This document shows positions 1 through 13,689 of a stretch of 64,000 nucleotides of DNA, piece after piece. The DNA comes from Eledone cirrhosa. Taxonomy: Eukaryota. Made by a program: the position numbers and the translations under genes. The notes under the pieces are model-generated. The model ran no database searches and had not been told where the DNA came from. It was given only the letters and a program-made list of their open reading frames with translations. The stretch's first letter is position 1, and every line of letters starts with the position of its first letter. The stretch is taken from contig OZ024747.1 in assembly GCA_964016885.1 (NCBI GenBank), positions 71,858,001 through 71,922,000 on the forward strand, given 5' to 3'.

Positions 1-2200
1 ACGTTATTCCTGGATACTGTTTGTGCTTAGTAATCAATTAGATCAGCGTTCATTTTTTCTTGTAGTTGGAAAAAAATCACCTTGACATGCGTTTAATGTT
101 TATGTTGTCAACAGTCTGTTACTAAATGGCATGTATGTCTTGTCATTGTTTTTCCCTCTCTCCTACTTCAAGTATCAGTTTTGTGGGTATCAAATACCAG
201 AATAACATCATCAAAATTTATTGTCAACACTAGGAGCATGTCATTTAATTGTTGACCAAGATCTGTGAATGTGATGATAGTTCAAGCTGTCTTTGCCATC
301 CATTGAACAAGCACCATTATAGACACGACGGTAATTTTTGGACTCCCAGATGGTGCTGAATGTTTTCCACCACCATACTTTTCAGATGCTGGTGATATTG
401 CATTCTGATGGAATTAGTTGAATTTTCCAGTTTCTCCAAGCAATTTACTAGCTTTGACTTGTCAGTATTTGGAATGGTGGGTTGATCCATCTGGAACAAT
501 GCCTTTTGGGAGTCAGAATAAAGTCGTACTTCCCGACTGCATTCTTCTGTTCGATGTCCCGGTTCGATCTGGCTAGAACCATAAACCTACCAAATCGTTC
601 TTTTGTTTCTTTCAGATCCACCTATTGGCAATGGACCATGACAGTTTGCTTCTTGCTTCCTGATAAAGAGAAAATGATGTCTTTTGTTTCTTGATTGGTC
701 CTTATAAACTGACGTCTTGATTGATGTATTGGCCAACGTGCTCTTCATACAGTTTCTAGCCACTTTCGTCGATATTCAAATTCTTTTGGACCTCTCTTGG
801 GAAACACGTGGATGTGTCATGAAGTTATAAAGCTGATCGCTTTTTGCATCAAAGGGATTTTATGACTCAGTATGCTGGCTTTGATCTTTCCTGGCAGCAT
901 TATGCTCCTTCTTAACAGCAATTCATTGTAGCTAATGGTATCTTTATGGTTTATTAGCAGTGGTACCAAATTGGCTTTTAAACTGTTTTGGTGACGTGAT
1001 ACTCTGGTGTCTCAGAAAGAACCGCTGCAATGTGTTAGCATTATTGGAAATACTAATTAACCCAAAATATATTATCTTCTTTAGTTGTTCGCATGCGAGG
1101 TATCTCACTCTTCGTGACAGATATATCACTGTCCTGGAGTTTACAGCAGGTTTCCGAGTTATTTCTACTAGTGTATTCCTAGTCTTTGGAAAAAAAGGCA
1201 ATTTAAGTTTTATAGAGCAGAAGATGTGAGGAGAAGAATATATTTTGTATCACTTAACGGTGTACATATTCTTTAGTATAACGAAACTCTGGAAAGATAA
1301 AATACCCTAAAAGTAACACATCAGGATTAGCGATTTAATTGTTTAAAAAAACAGTGGGTTTCTAGGATTAGCCTATTTAATTATGTAGTTTGGTTGACTA
1401 GAAGCCGATATAGCACAAACTATGCATTTTGTGGTGGTCAATTTGAAAACAAAAAATCATTCTCAGGCAGATGTCTGCGCAAATGTCAACATTAATGTTT
1501 GGATTCCCACTCTCTGTAAATTCCAGAAATGTATAGTTTTTACAAATCTTGAAAATGTTGAACTGGTAACAGGATGTCAGGTACCAAGTCTAGGTCTTCG
1601 CTTCATTCAGGTCAGCAGTTCCGTCAAAGAGACGATTGACAAAGAGCGACGATACGTTCACGAATCTCTGCAGATGCAGCAGCCTAAGCGGATGTTAGTA
1701 CAACATCAGTCATGACATACCACGCCTGCTACTCAAAGTCTGTTAACAGCTGATGAACCAATTGATAAATAGAACACATCCCTTCCATAAGAAGCGGAAT
1801 GCCAGAATTTCCAATCTGGTTAGATGAAAACTAGGGTAAGGTATGATGATCAAGCGGTGACATATAACAGATGTGGGGTATGCATTCAGTACCTCTACCC
1901 ATTTCTGAGTGAGATTGGCTACCCTGCTCATAACTTCATATCAAAAGCGAAACTTTTATTGGTTAGCCTTACACAATCTTTGCATGTGTCTAAAATGCCA
2001 TTCTAATCTTCTACTAAAACAAAAGAGTGGCATGTCCGCAGAAAGGTTTTTAGACACCTGGAGAAATCGAACCGCTCTTCTTCTGTTGACAGCCACTCGT
2101 CTGAAGGCATTGCATTCGCTGCTGCTCACACCTAGGAAAATAGTCTGCAGCTTGAAATCTACACTGCTACACCGTTTCCTGGTCCGGGCTGCCTTCTACG
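1..2200 (-). mobile_element. Highly degenerate AcademX-like DNA transposon coding remnant (DDE + XPG/PIN-like region)
   Basis: Manual minus-strand translation across stops/frameshifts gives TDKSKLVNCLE, DDVILVFDTHK, FFSNYKKK*TLI and FCFQIDHH, resembling Academ-type 'SKL..LE / V.VVFD.Y / FL.N..NK..LI / FFA.DH.NYAR' motifs. Recognised from memory, not from a search. Confidence 0.4.
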
Positions 2201-2366
2201 AGTAAAAACAGGTGCATGCCATTTTGGTAGTTCGATTAGATCTGGAATTCTTTCGAGCTATTCTTGATCAGTTTGGATCCGGAGCGCATTCTAAATCCAA
2301 ATCTAATTCTCCACCAACACCACCATCGCCACAACAACAGGAAATGTTATTAAACAGAAACGATCA

Positions 2367-2498
2367 ATCTTCCTGAGAATTACGTTAAGGGTATCGATGT
2401 CTGTAGACTGCTGAGCCACTTACACGTTAATTTCATGAGCAGGCTGTTCCGTTTTATAGAACAACTGGAACACTCTTCGTCGAAACCGACGGAGATCC
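2367..2498 (+). mobile_element. Interspersed repeat (SINE-like) fragment
   Basis: agccacttacacgttaatttcatgagcaggctgttccgtt...cactcttcgtcgaaaccga is shared with 32210-32300. Confidence 0.55.
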
Positions 2499-2688
2499 AT
2501 TCCATTTGTTAAATAGATTATGAGTACTTAAACAACAGAACTAATTTAATGGCTGGAAGTAAATAAGTAAAGCAAATCTTGATTAATGGATTTGCTCTGA
2601 AAAGAAAAATGATTTAGATAAAGGAAATAATATTGGCAATCATTGTAAGACGTACAAAATATAATAGGGAAAAAAGAAACAATTTATG

Positions 2689-2726
<38 letters not shown>

Positions 2727-2730
<4 letters not shown>

Positions 2731-2786
2731 AACAAGTAAGACCCCGACGGCTGAGCTCAAGCCGTTTCGACGGCTAATTCTGGACC
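2727..2786. mobile_element. Single arm of the TA-embedded fold-back element
   Basis: taggaacaagtaagaccccgacggctgagctcaagccgtttcgacggctaattctggac flanked by (TA)n. The same sequence forms palindromes at 39270 and 57945. Confidence 0.75.
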
Positions 2787-2797
2787 TATATATATAT

Positions 2798-2942
2798 ATG
2801 ATGGCTGCCCCCTCGTTATCGAGTAATTATTAATTAATTCTATCGTGCAATGCTTTTTTAAAGTGTGAAAAGACTGTGCACTGAGCCAATCCCACTCTCT
2901 GAGCGACAGTAGCTATAACCCGAAAAGAAGAAAAGATCAACA
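2798..2942 (+). repeat. Interspersed repeat embedded in TA/TACA microsatellite
   Basis: Near-identical to 8698-8882 (atggctgcc...aagactgtgcactgagccaatcccactctctgagcgacagtagctataacc...aaagatcaac). Confidence 0.75.
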
Positions 2943-3137
2943 TCATCGGTAACTACTGAGCCGCAGGTTTTATATCGGAGTTATCCCAGTTCCCTGAGTT
3001 GCCTTCCCCTAGAAGAATGCCTTGACAAAGGCTAGGGGTCCTTCACTCCCAGTGGTTTAACCGCGAGATACATGTGTATATACAGTAAATTGGTGGGGTT
3101 GCCAGTTTAGTCGCCGACGACCTGACCATGTTACATG

Positions 3138-3138
<1 letters not shown>

Positions 3139-3225
<87 letters not shown>

Positions 3226-3362
3226 TTATATATGTATTTATATATTTATATATTATATATATGTGTGTGTGTGTGGATATTTTGTATGCATATATATATA
3301 CATATATATATATACATATACATACATATATACAGACATACATATATACATACATATATAGA

Positions 3363-3438
<76 letters not shown>

Positions 3439-3440
3439 AA
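3139..3440. repeat. (TA)n-rich compound microsatellite
   Basis: Directly visible. Confidence 0.95.
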
Positions 3441-4799
3441 CATACATAATATATATAAAAAATGTAAATCTGTATATGAATCGACTAAATTTTATTCTTA
3501 GCTTTCTATCCATCATTTTCTTTCTACTCGATTTCTAATTCCAAACAAATTAACAGCTTGTGAGTGACAGTAAGATTTAAGAAGGTTCAGAACATTGAAG
3601 GAATGGGTAAGAAATGTAGGAAGGTAAAGTAAAAACAGATATACAGATAAACATTTAGAGAGGTGAGAGAAGAGGAAAAGAGTAAGTGAGAGAAATTGAA
3701 AACCAAGCAGAATATCGGTTTTTGACAAAGGAATTGGTTCCTTCTGCGACTAAATAGAAGAAAGATAACGGAATAAGAATACAAAAAGCTATCTTGTTTT
3801 ATTGTGTTGTATTCTTTTTTTTTTTCTGAAGAGAGAGAAAAAAACTTACAAATTTAGATGGAAGAGAAGGTGGGGAAGGAAATCAATAAAAAAAAAAAAT
3901 AAATAAAAAGAAAAGCAGAATGTTAGAAGTGAGGAGTGTTAAGGTATTTAAATGTCTTGGATGTAGAATGATGTAGGTGACATATTGAACGATAATTGCG
4001 CGATACGTTGGCTGAGATTTGTAACAGCTGCGCGATGAAAAATTACTGAAAGAATTAGCTGCAATATTTATTGACGCGAAATTCTGCAGCAAATGTCTCT
4101 AGCTGCCCTTGTAGAATAAGCAACAATCGCAGCCGTTACCGTCCATTTCTGTAGAAGTGAAAGTGAATGGGGTAATGAGGCGGAATAAAGAGATATTAGT
4201 TCTTGGCTACTCTACTGCTGACGAAAATGCTCTTGGCAGAGAAAATATACAACAATTAAAATTTAAAACATGATAATAGACATCAGTATTGGTAACAATA
4301 GTATAGACAACAATAATAATTTATTTTGCGTAATACAGGTTATTTTTAAGAAGCGGGTATAGTGATTTAAATCAATCCGTTATTTTAGTAGTGTTTACTT
4401 TACACGCAATGCAGAGATTGAAAACTAATATGGACGCAAGTGTGACTTGAATTCAGAGTACTAAGATAGATATTATAATAATGATTTCTTGTTGGATCTG
4501 TGAAGTATCAGACATTTTTTATATCACAGATTACGCAAATTTGTTGAGAACTCAAGGAAGGATAAAATCGCGGTAATTCAGTTGTCAAAGAGTTTTATGT
4601 GAAACAAAGCTGCATATGTGCATGCAAGTGTATTTTGATATATAGCACTGAATCATTTTTATCCATCAATAGATTTGCAGGCGTTTGCAATCTAATGTTG
4701 TGAACATATTGTATTCAACTTTTTGTTTGGCCTTATGAATTCGTTAGAGACTAATCAGACCGGCTTTGGAAAGAAATACGTACACAAATACCGCAAACC

Positions 4800-5445
4800 A
4801 AGTATACCCATTTAATTCAGCCTTCTGTCTTCCATCACTCGTGAAAACGGCACCGGGGCTCTTCAACTTCTCCACCCTTCTTCAGTGGAAATCCACTCAC
4901 ATGCAAAGTATACTGCGCGTGTTTACCTGAGAGAAAGAGTATCTCAGTCTTAGCAGCATTGATTTTCATTCCAGCCGTGCAGCACTCGACATCAAAGCTA
5001 CCAAGTACATGTCGGACATCACCTCCCGAAAAGTTATGTCGTCTGTAGATTTCAGCCGACTGATCCTACACCCACCAGTCGTGATACCACTTCCAGCCCG
5101 GCTGTGCAGGTCAATCCTGTCTATGATGATTATGAACAGGAGAGGTGACAGTACGCACCCTTGTCAGAGTCTGAGATCTACATTGAATGGTTTCGACTTA
5201 GCCCCATTTATCCAAACACAAATCCTAGAGCATTCATATAGAGGCTTCAGGGCAACAAGAAGAGGTTGTACATCGATCCCATACTCCTGCAGAACCTTCC
5301 ACAAGAGGTTCCGTGTAATTCGGTCATGTGCCTTTTCGAAGTCCACGAAACAAGTATAAACCACTTGGCAATACTCCCACGATTTCTCGAAAACCTACTA
5401 CCACAGTGTGAATATTTGGTCGGCTGCGATATATTTAGAACTGGT
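4800..5445 (-). mobile_element. RTE-clade LINE, inverted 5' segment (RT domains)
   Basis: Minus strand: DQIFTL, CFVDFEKAHDRITRNLLWKVLQEYG, QGCVLSPLLF, STDD (decayed YADD), MKINAAKTE, FTSDGRQ. Confidence 0.8.
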
Positions 5446-5935
5446 ACAGTAATGCTCCAACTTCGGCGGCACTCAGTCATCAGAAAAAGGGAAGTAGGTG
5501 TAAAAACCAAACTCGCTATCTTCAATTAGATATTCATGCCTACCCTTATATAGTCATGAATCTTGAGTAGTGACTGAAAGAATCCGATCACGAATATAAT
5601 CAGCTGAAATGGGGTTCCTCCGAATTGTCTTTAGAGTAATGTTACTCGATGGGGTGCATGGCTTGGAAATGAAAGGGAGTCACTCCAGATAGAGCCACTA
5701 CTTCTCCGAACTGAGAGATCACAGCTCCAATACAATGGAACTGTGGTTAGAATATTTAGAAAAGAAACGTTGGACAACTTTTACGAACCGACAGGAAATC
5801 CAGCAAAATAGTTGAATAACATCCATAAGCTGAGTTCGTCTCGCTTAAGGATCCAGCCGGGTCAACTGAAGACGATTGCTTCTGATAGGACACACTGGAA
5901 GGAGTGTTTGGGGACGATCCTCTCAAGAATAGTGG
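5446..5935 (+). mobile_element. RTE-clade LINE 3' segment
   Basis: Plus strand: VIRKREVGVKTKLAIFN..MPTL..TERIRSRI*SAEMGFLR..IEPLLLRTERSQL. Runs into the GAA tail. Confidence 0.8.
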
Positions 5936-5950
5936 GAGGATGAGGGGGGA

Positions 5951-6253
5951 GAAGAAGAAGAAGAAGAAGAAGAAGAAGAAGAAGAAGAAGAAGAAGAAGA
6001 AGAAGAAGAAGAAGAAGAAGAAGAAGAAGGGGGGGGATAAGAAGAAGAAGAAGAGGAAGAAGAAGGAGGAGGGGGAGAAGGAGGAGGAGGAGGAGGAGGA
6101 GGAGAAGAAGAAGAAGAAGAAGAAGAAGAAGAAGAAGAAGAAGAAGAAGAAGAAGAAGAAGAAGAAGAAGAAGGAGAAGGAGGGGGGAGAGAAGAAGAAG
6201 AAGAAGAAGAAGAAGAAGAAGAAGAAGAAGAAGAAGAAGAAGAAGAAGAAGAA
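5951..6253 (+). repeat. (GAA)n/(GGA)n polypurine microsatellite, RTE 3' tail
   Basis: Directly follows the RTE 3' end. Confidence 0.9.
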
Positions 6254-6599
6254 TTCACTCCACAAATTGTGCTTTTTCTTTCAGCTCACTTCATGAGAGA
6301 GCTATGCGTTTTGGTGGCGATGAAAAGCATTTCTTTCTTAGTTGTCCTCGCGTATTTCAAATACTTTCAAAGAGGACTTTACACAGACCTTAAATAGGAG
6401 TCTCTAATCATTCATTCATTCGTACAAGGTGTCCAGTCTAACGTAATCAGTGCTTGTGTAGCATTTCTTTAATTAGTCATGACGTCGGCTTCCCTCAAAC
6501 TCTATGAAAGAACTAGTTGAATATGTTTTAAACATCTCCGATGAAAGCGCTTAAGATTGAACCTTTACATAATGTTTGTAAAGGACTCCTGTTCCACAT

Positions 6600-8030
6600 G
6601 AATATGAAATGAATGTTAGTGCACATGCACGACATATTGCAAGTTTTAGCAATTTCGTGATGCCATGTTGTGACCGGGCAGGAGACTCAAGAGTCATGGA
6701 AAAGTCAAATTCTTTCTGAAACTTTAAGAATATCACTTTTATCTGTTAACAAAGTGGATCCAACCGATGCTAATACCGGTGAGGACTCACGTTGCTCAGG
6801 GCCATAAACCTCTTTTATGCCTTCATAGAAGGGTTTTATATCCTTTCTATAAGCAGAAGTTTGAAGCTCGGCTGCTTTTGATAACCACCACTTGTCTTTC
6901 ATTTTCCTCAAGGCCCGTTGAACAGTTTGTTTACAGTCCAAGCATTATTTTTTCGCTGAAGATTTTTGTTGGCAATCCATACTTTATGAGAGGAGTGTAT
7001 TCTTTCAATTAGCGACTGTATTTCTGTGTTATTTTCATTGAACCAATATTGATGCTTATGCTTTAGCAGACCAAGACCGTCAAGCAAAGCAGAATATGTT
7101 ACTTCCTTGTGATTTTTCCACCTTTTTTCAATATTTTCTGAAATTTCAACTCGTTCAAGCTGCACATCGAGCAATAGAGATAACCTAGATTTTCTTTCAG
7201 CATCAAATTACCGAACATTTATTCTTTTAAGAAAATTTTCTTTGTGACTTCTATGCTTTACTTAAAGTTGGAATGTTACCTTACAATGCAACAGAGAGTC
7301 ATCAGATAACCAACATGTGCTATGGAAGGAGTGAGTTGATGACACCTTTTTGTTCAATGTAATCAATCAGATGCCATTCTTTTGATCTTGAATGCTTCCA
7401 GGTGGTTTTGAAGCTGTTAGGTTGTTGAAACATAGTATTGCTAATAAGGAAGCCAAGTTTATTGCAAAAAGAGAGACAGCGAAGTCCATGGCTATTCATA
7501 TTTCCAAAGCCATAAGAGCCAACAACATTTCCCCAGAACTCATGATCTGACCCAACTCCGGCATTGACATCCCCTAGTATCAGAAGTCTGTCATGGTATC
7601 CTATAGTTCTGACAATAAAAGATAATTTCTCATAAAAAGTTGGTAATCACTGATTCTTTGGAGTTCACAGTAGGGTCATAGCAACTGATTAAGATTAGGG
7701 TAGTAGCATCAACAAGTTTAAGTTTCAATGTCATTAAACTATCACTCACCACCTGTGATAAAGAGGTCAACATATTTGCTATCTTAGTTCTAATAATGAA
7801 ACCAGCACCTGAAGACCGTGTTACATCTTTTTTTTTCATGACCAGAATAATGCATAACCTTCCCTTTTCTCCTCAAGCAGTCCATAATCAGGAAGTCGAG
7901 TTTCACTTAAAGATGCTATGTTTATGTTGCACTTATTTAAGACCCTTGACACAAGAGCTGCTTTCCTTTCTAATGAACCTGAACTATCCTGAAGGGTTCG
8001 GACATCCCTAGAACCAAAATCCAATGGAAT
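6600..8030 (-). mobile_element. Degenerate RTE-BovB-like LINE (APE endonuclease and linker)
   Basis: ORF pieces DVRTLQD..ERKAALVSRVLNKCNINIASLSETRL..GYALFWS, GAGFII..LISCYDPT, ILGDVNAGVG and KWWLSKAAELQ..KPFYEGIKEVYGP. Confidence 0.8.
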
Positions 8031-8697
8031 ATTTTATTCACTTTTTCATCGTTTTAAATTTTAACTATATCTTTTAACTTCTTTTTTTTAATAGGCATAT
8101 ATTATGTCTTTGTGTTTGTGTGTGTAAAACTGGAAAAAATATATGTAATAGATGAATGAATAGATGCATGGATGTGTGTGTGTATGAAATTAAAATACCA
8201 GGTTGGTGTCTGGTACACAATAGCTCACCTCATGAGATGGAAACCTCTAAACAGAAAGCCTTAGGTCTACTGTTCATGTGGTGTGGTTTCACCAACTGTT
8301 GCTATCAGCAGAACCAAGGTGTGTGAATGGTGCCACTCCCACACAAGCCATTACCACTATTAAAAAATGTTTATGAAGATCATCCTGAAAAGCACACCTT
8401 TTTATATATGTGTGTGTGTGTTTGTGTGTGTTGTTTTTTACTAAAAGTTCACTAGCAATGGGGTAACAGTGTCTGATAGTCGTTAGTTGATGCCCTGCAC
8501 AGTTGGCGGCTCAGCAGGTGAAAGCCATTTAGCACGAATCTTTGATGCTTTTGCAAGCTTGCTTGGTGAGGAGGGGGTGAGGAGGGGGTTACACTCCCTG
8601 GGATGAAAGACAAAGCCCGTCAAAGGCTGGAGGCACTCATGAGAGTCAACGGCTATCCAATATGTATATATTTTATATAGCATACATACATGCATAC

Positions 8698-8882
8698 ATG
8701 GCTGCCTCCACGTTATCGAGTATGGCCATTGCACGATATACCATTATTAATAATTATTAATTAAATCTATCGTGCAATGCCTGTACCTGAAGATATTTTT
8801 TAAAGTGAGGAAAGACTGTGCACTGAGCCAATCCCACTCTCTGAGCGACAGTAGCTATAACCAGAAAAGAAGAAAAGATCAA
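8698..8882 (+). repeat. Interspersed repeat embedded in (CATA)n
   Basis: Second copy of 2798-2942, flanked by catacata repeats. Confidence 0.75.
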
Positions 8883-8884
8883 CG

Positions 8885-9099
8885 TACATACATACATACA
8901 TACACGCACATACATACATACACGCACATACATACATATATACATACATACACCCCTACATACATAGATACATACATACATTCGTACACACATACATATA
9001 TACAAACATACCTATATACATACATGATGGCTGCAAACTCGTATACATACATACATACATACATACATACATACATACATACATACATACATACATACA

Positions 9100-9128
<29 letters not shown>
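8885..9128 (+). repeat. (CATA)n microsatellite
   Basis: Directly visible. Confidence 0.9.
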
Positions 9129-9132
<4 letters not shown>

Positions 9133-9382
9133 TGTATTGGTCGTGGAAGTCAGCTGCCCAACGGATGTAAGCATTTTATCGAAAATCACTGAGAGAAAGA
9201 ACTGATTATCAATTGAATGTCTGAAATTATTGTTGCACCTGGTTATGTTACAAAACATTTAAAGCAATATTTTGTTTTTTAAAAAAATGAGATTTTCAGG
9301 CAAAGAAAAAAAGAATATTCAATACTTATTTAGCAAATATAATTTGTAAGCAAAAATACGTAACACATGTATGTATGTGTGC

Positions 9383-9467
<85 letters not shown>

Positions 9468-9650
9468 CGCATGTATGTTCTTCTGGTTTTATAATTTAAC
9501 AAATGTTTGCCAATAGAGAGGGAGACGGTTTCTAACATAGTTATAATTCATTGGAATTTAGACAACATCAACTAGGTAGATATGTATGCCTGTCTGCATA
9601 CATGCATGTGTGTGCAGGTATGGATGTTATTGTATGTGTGAATGTGTATG

Positions 9651-9890
9651 TTTTGAGTTGTATGTGTGCAAGTATATGTGCTTTGTATATGTACAAATGT
9701 ACATGCAGTTATTACATGCAAAATGTTTGGAATGTTTTACATATTTTTACTGTTCCATTAATGGATTGTACTTGTAATTTCCTAACTAGTTGTATTCTTT
9801 CTGGTTCTGTGAAGCCTAGCTTCTCAAAATTTGTATTGAGGCAGTTACTAACATATCCCAGTGCCCCAATAATCACAGGCATAAATCTGA
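9651..9890 (-). mobile_element. 5'-truncated 3' end of a diverged R4/Dong-like retrotransposon in (CATA)n
   Basis: Minus ORF IRFMPVIIGALGYV...LGF...LQVQSINGTVKICKTF aligns with the array element C-terminus FSFIPIIIGATGYI...LGF...LQMAAIAGTFKICKTF. The short 3' UTR ends caactcAAAA|catac. Confidence 0.8.
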
Positions 9891-9997
9891 TGTATGTTTG
9901 TATATATGTATGCGTGTATGTATGTTTGTTGTGTGCGTGCATGTAAGTATGCTTGTGTGTATGTATGTATGTATGTATGTATGCTTGTGTGTGTGTG

Positions 9998-10029
<32 letters not shown>

Positions 10030-10097
10030 TGTATGTATGTGTATGTATGTATGTATGTATGTATGTATGTATGTATATATGTACGTATGTATGCATG
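9891..10097 (-). repeat. (TATG)n microsatellite
   Basis: Directly visible; 5' flank of the 9651-9890 fragment. Confidence 0.9.
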
Positions 10098-11099
10098 TAA
10101 GGCGATAGATTAGCAGAGTCGCTAGAACGTCAAATAGAATACCTTGCGGTATTCGTTCCAGTTCTCTGCGCTCTCAGTGGTCAACTTTACCTTATATCTT
10201 CTAGTCAATGCCGCGAAGCATAGTGTCCGATGGTCTACTGATTACTGCCAATCCACTGCACTCCACTACCCTCTAAATAATAACGATATTAGTATAAATC
10301 AGGGTACTGGTTTGAACATTGAACAAAATACGTAGACGTACCTAGTTATAGTTGTACTCGCTTGTTGTGGTGTGAAGTGATATTACTACGAGGAAAATGA
10401 TTTTCTCGCATCACATGGATAAGAATTAACAAATGAACAAGAAAGACACTGCTAATTTTAATGTTTTTATTTGTAACATGATTTACTTCGAAATCATGGG
10501 CAGCAATGAACAACGGAAAAAGACATTCGTAAGATGCAGTATGTTATGTGTGCAAATGTAGTAATATTTACTCATCTGTGTTGATAACGATCTCAGTTAG
10601 TGCCGATCCCAGCAAGGCTGGCTAGCGAGTGTATGTGACTGTGTATGTGACTGCATTGCAAGGTGGGCGAAACAAGCGATCTATTTGTTGCAGAGTCGAA
10701 AAGAAGAATGTCTCTTAAGGTCGAAAATCTCTTGTATATCAAAAGATTAGGCTACCAAGTAAGAACTGTCTTCTTCTCAGACACCCTGATTTCGTGGCCC
10801 TTGTATAAGAGAACGTTATCTAAGTTTGAGGCTCTGAGATCATAGGTCTGTCTTAAGGTGGTCGTGTGTGTCAGACTAAGAAAACCAACGTGGGAAAATG
10901 TGTCAAGATTTCGCTACAAACTTGCCAAAACATTCCACTCACCTTTCCTTCCTCTCTTCTACCCACCCTTCTTTATTTCATCAGGTGACAACATACAGGA
11001 ATTTACTATGTTCTACTGTAGCTACAAAAAAGAGAACGAAACCCAGACTTATGTCACAAAAGTTTAACTTCTAAGGAATCCATTACTGCTAAACCCAGC

Positions 11100-11157
<58 letters not shown>

Positions 11158-11632
11158 TTACTACTACAAAATTAGAGAAAGCATCAAAAATACTTTACTG
11201 AACATATTTATCCTGATTTGCGCATTATCTTATGTATATATATATGTGTGTGTCAGATTAAAAATGCCTCGGTATTTGTACCGAGGTCAACTTTGCCTTT
11301 TATCCTTTCGAGGTCGATAAATAAAGTACCAGTCTAGTACTGGGATCAAGAGGGAGATAAAGAGAGAGGGGCTATTTGACCGGTACTTTATTTATCGAAC
11401 GTGAAAAGATAAAACGCAAAGTAGACCACAGAAACTATTATTCATATAGCTTAAGGTGGTGTATTAGCGAAATCGTTAGACAAAATGCTTTGTAGAATTC
11501 AGTAATGGCCCTTTACGTGGTCAATAACATAAATTACCAGTAAAATACTGGAGACGATTTAATCGACTTTCTCCCTCCCATCCCTAGAAATTACTGGTAC
11601 GGTGCCTATTTTAGAAACTATTATTTCTGTAT

Positions 11633-11822
11633 GGGCGGTGGATTGGCAGTATCGGTAGAGGGTCGGACGCCATGCTTTGAAGCATAGAGTTACCTCCCTT
11701 TATGATCTGAGTTCAAATCCCGCCGAGGTTAACTTTGCCTTTCATCCTTACGGGGTCGATAAAATAAAGTACCAGTAATGCACTGGGTAATTGCTGGCCT
11801 TGTGCCAAAAATAGAAACAATT
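11633..11822 (+). mobile_element. tRNA-derived SINE, full length (~190 bp)
   Basis: A-box-like tggcagtatcgg, B-box-like gagttcaaatcc, body ...cctttcatccttacggggtcgataaaataaagtaccag. More than 10 copies/fragments in this window. Confidence 0.85.
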
Positions 11823-12699
11823 ATTTCTATAGCTTTACATTATAAACAATGAAACGAATAGGCTTGGTGATGAGATTAAGACGTTCACTTTATAACCACG
11901 TGGTTGCGGATTTGATCCCACTGTGCGGCACATTAAGTATTTTTCATATAGCCTTAGGTAATGAAATTTATTAGGCGGAAAACATGTGTGTGCGCGTATA
12001 TAGGTGCAAAAATGATGCGTTGAATAAGATCCCCTGACTTCAAAAAATCCAACTTAGCCATTCGATAAAGAAAGATTATTAGAATAAATACTGGGGGTCG
12101 ATATACTCGACTAAATCCCTTGAAAGTCTTGCTCCAGGATGGCTCTATCCAACGATTGGAATTGGTAAAAGGATAAAAGAAATCAAATATGTATTTTCCT
12201 ATTTTAATAAATATTCACAAATTAAAATATTTTTTGATGAAATGAGCTTTTAAGGAACAATTTACATCCGAGTAATTCTTATACGATCTAAACCGTTGGG
12301 ATTTCAATCAAATTCGACACTGTTTTTTTTATTTATAAACTGTTTTCTCTTAAATATATGCGAAGGTATTCATTTTTGTTTGTTTGTTTTTTTTTGTTTT
12401 TGTTTTTGTTTGTTTTTTTTTTTTTTTGCTTTTTTTTTTTTTTTTGCTTTTTATTTTGTTGTTGTTGTTATTTATTTTTATGCCCGAACATATCACCTTT
12501 GCTTTCATTTTTTTCCTATCGCCTTCAAGATGTGGTTTTCTCTCTCATCTATATTATGCTTATTTATTTATTTGTTTAGTTAGTTATTTAGTTATTTATT
12601 TATTTTATTTTGGTATCCTTTAAACTTTATATTTCTTCAATCCAAATCTCTTTTGCTTCTCAACTTTCAATCACACTCTTTGTCTGCTTCTTATCAAGT

Positions 12700-13050
12700 C
12701 TGAACGTTTATTGAAGCATAAAATAGCTTCTATTTTCTAGATTTATGGAATTATAGAAGTAAATGTATCAGTTATGACATGACAGATGTTCATGTTGCTG
12801 TTTTGCTGCATTACACGTTTCTACATAACTCGCTAATACATGACTGTTTTTCTGATGATCATCGAATAGATAAGTCATCTACATCTTCATTTACATCATT
12901 TTCTTGCAAATAGTTTGCCACCTGCATCAATATAGCTAATTCCACTGTACGAACTATTAAGAACTAATAATTTATTACTAGCAAGCTTGTGAATTGTTGT
13001 TACTCGAAACTATTTTCACCACATCTTCCTACTTCAACGCTCTCACTATA
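12700..13050 (-). mobile_element. Possible AcademX-like remnant
   Basis: Minus strand VANYLQENDVNEDVDDL resembles an Academ N-terminal 'YLEENDDEQ...DL' motif. Confidence 0.3.
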
Positions 13051-13337
13051 TAAATGTAAATGAATGGCTTTCGGATTAGTATTTTTAGTTCTGTTATTCT
13101 ATCTGGTGAAAATGAAAGAACGAAGATTTTTATAACTACCAATATATGTTTGCCATGTATTGAGTATAGGCACACTAGTTGGAAAGCATGTTAATTTGCT
13201 TAAACACACACATTACTGCATGAAGAAAATGGCGGATATGTCTATAAAGTGCAGCAGCTGCTGCAGAATTGATTGGAAACATTGTGATGTTTATTTATAT
13301 AGTATAACATAGAAAAGAAGAGGGATGAAAGATAAAT

Positions 13338-13354
13338 GGATAGATAGATAGATG

Positions 13355-13433
<79 letters not shown>
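13338..13433. repeat. (AGAT)n microsatellite
   Basis: Directly visible. Confidence 0.95.
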
Positions 13434-13434
<1 letters not shown>

Positions 13435-13689
13435 CAGAGAAAGGGAGAGGAATAAAGGAAAGTATTATGCTCAAAACGATCCAAATAAAATGAAAGAATA
13501 AGGAAAACAGGAAATGAAATTTCAGGAAAAAAAATATATTCTAAAAAGTAGGAAGTGTTGATGAAAAGTGAGAAAGAGAATTACCATATTAGAAGTTATT
13601 TAAAATAACATCTTTTGGAAACTCTGCTATGAATTGTGTGTGTATTAATACGTTTAAATTAAATTAAATTTGAATTTAATACTTCAAAT

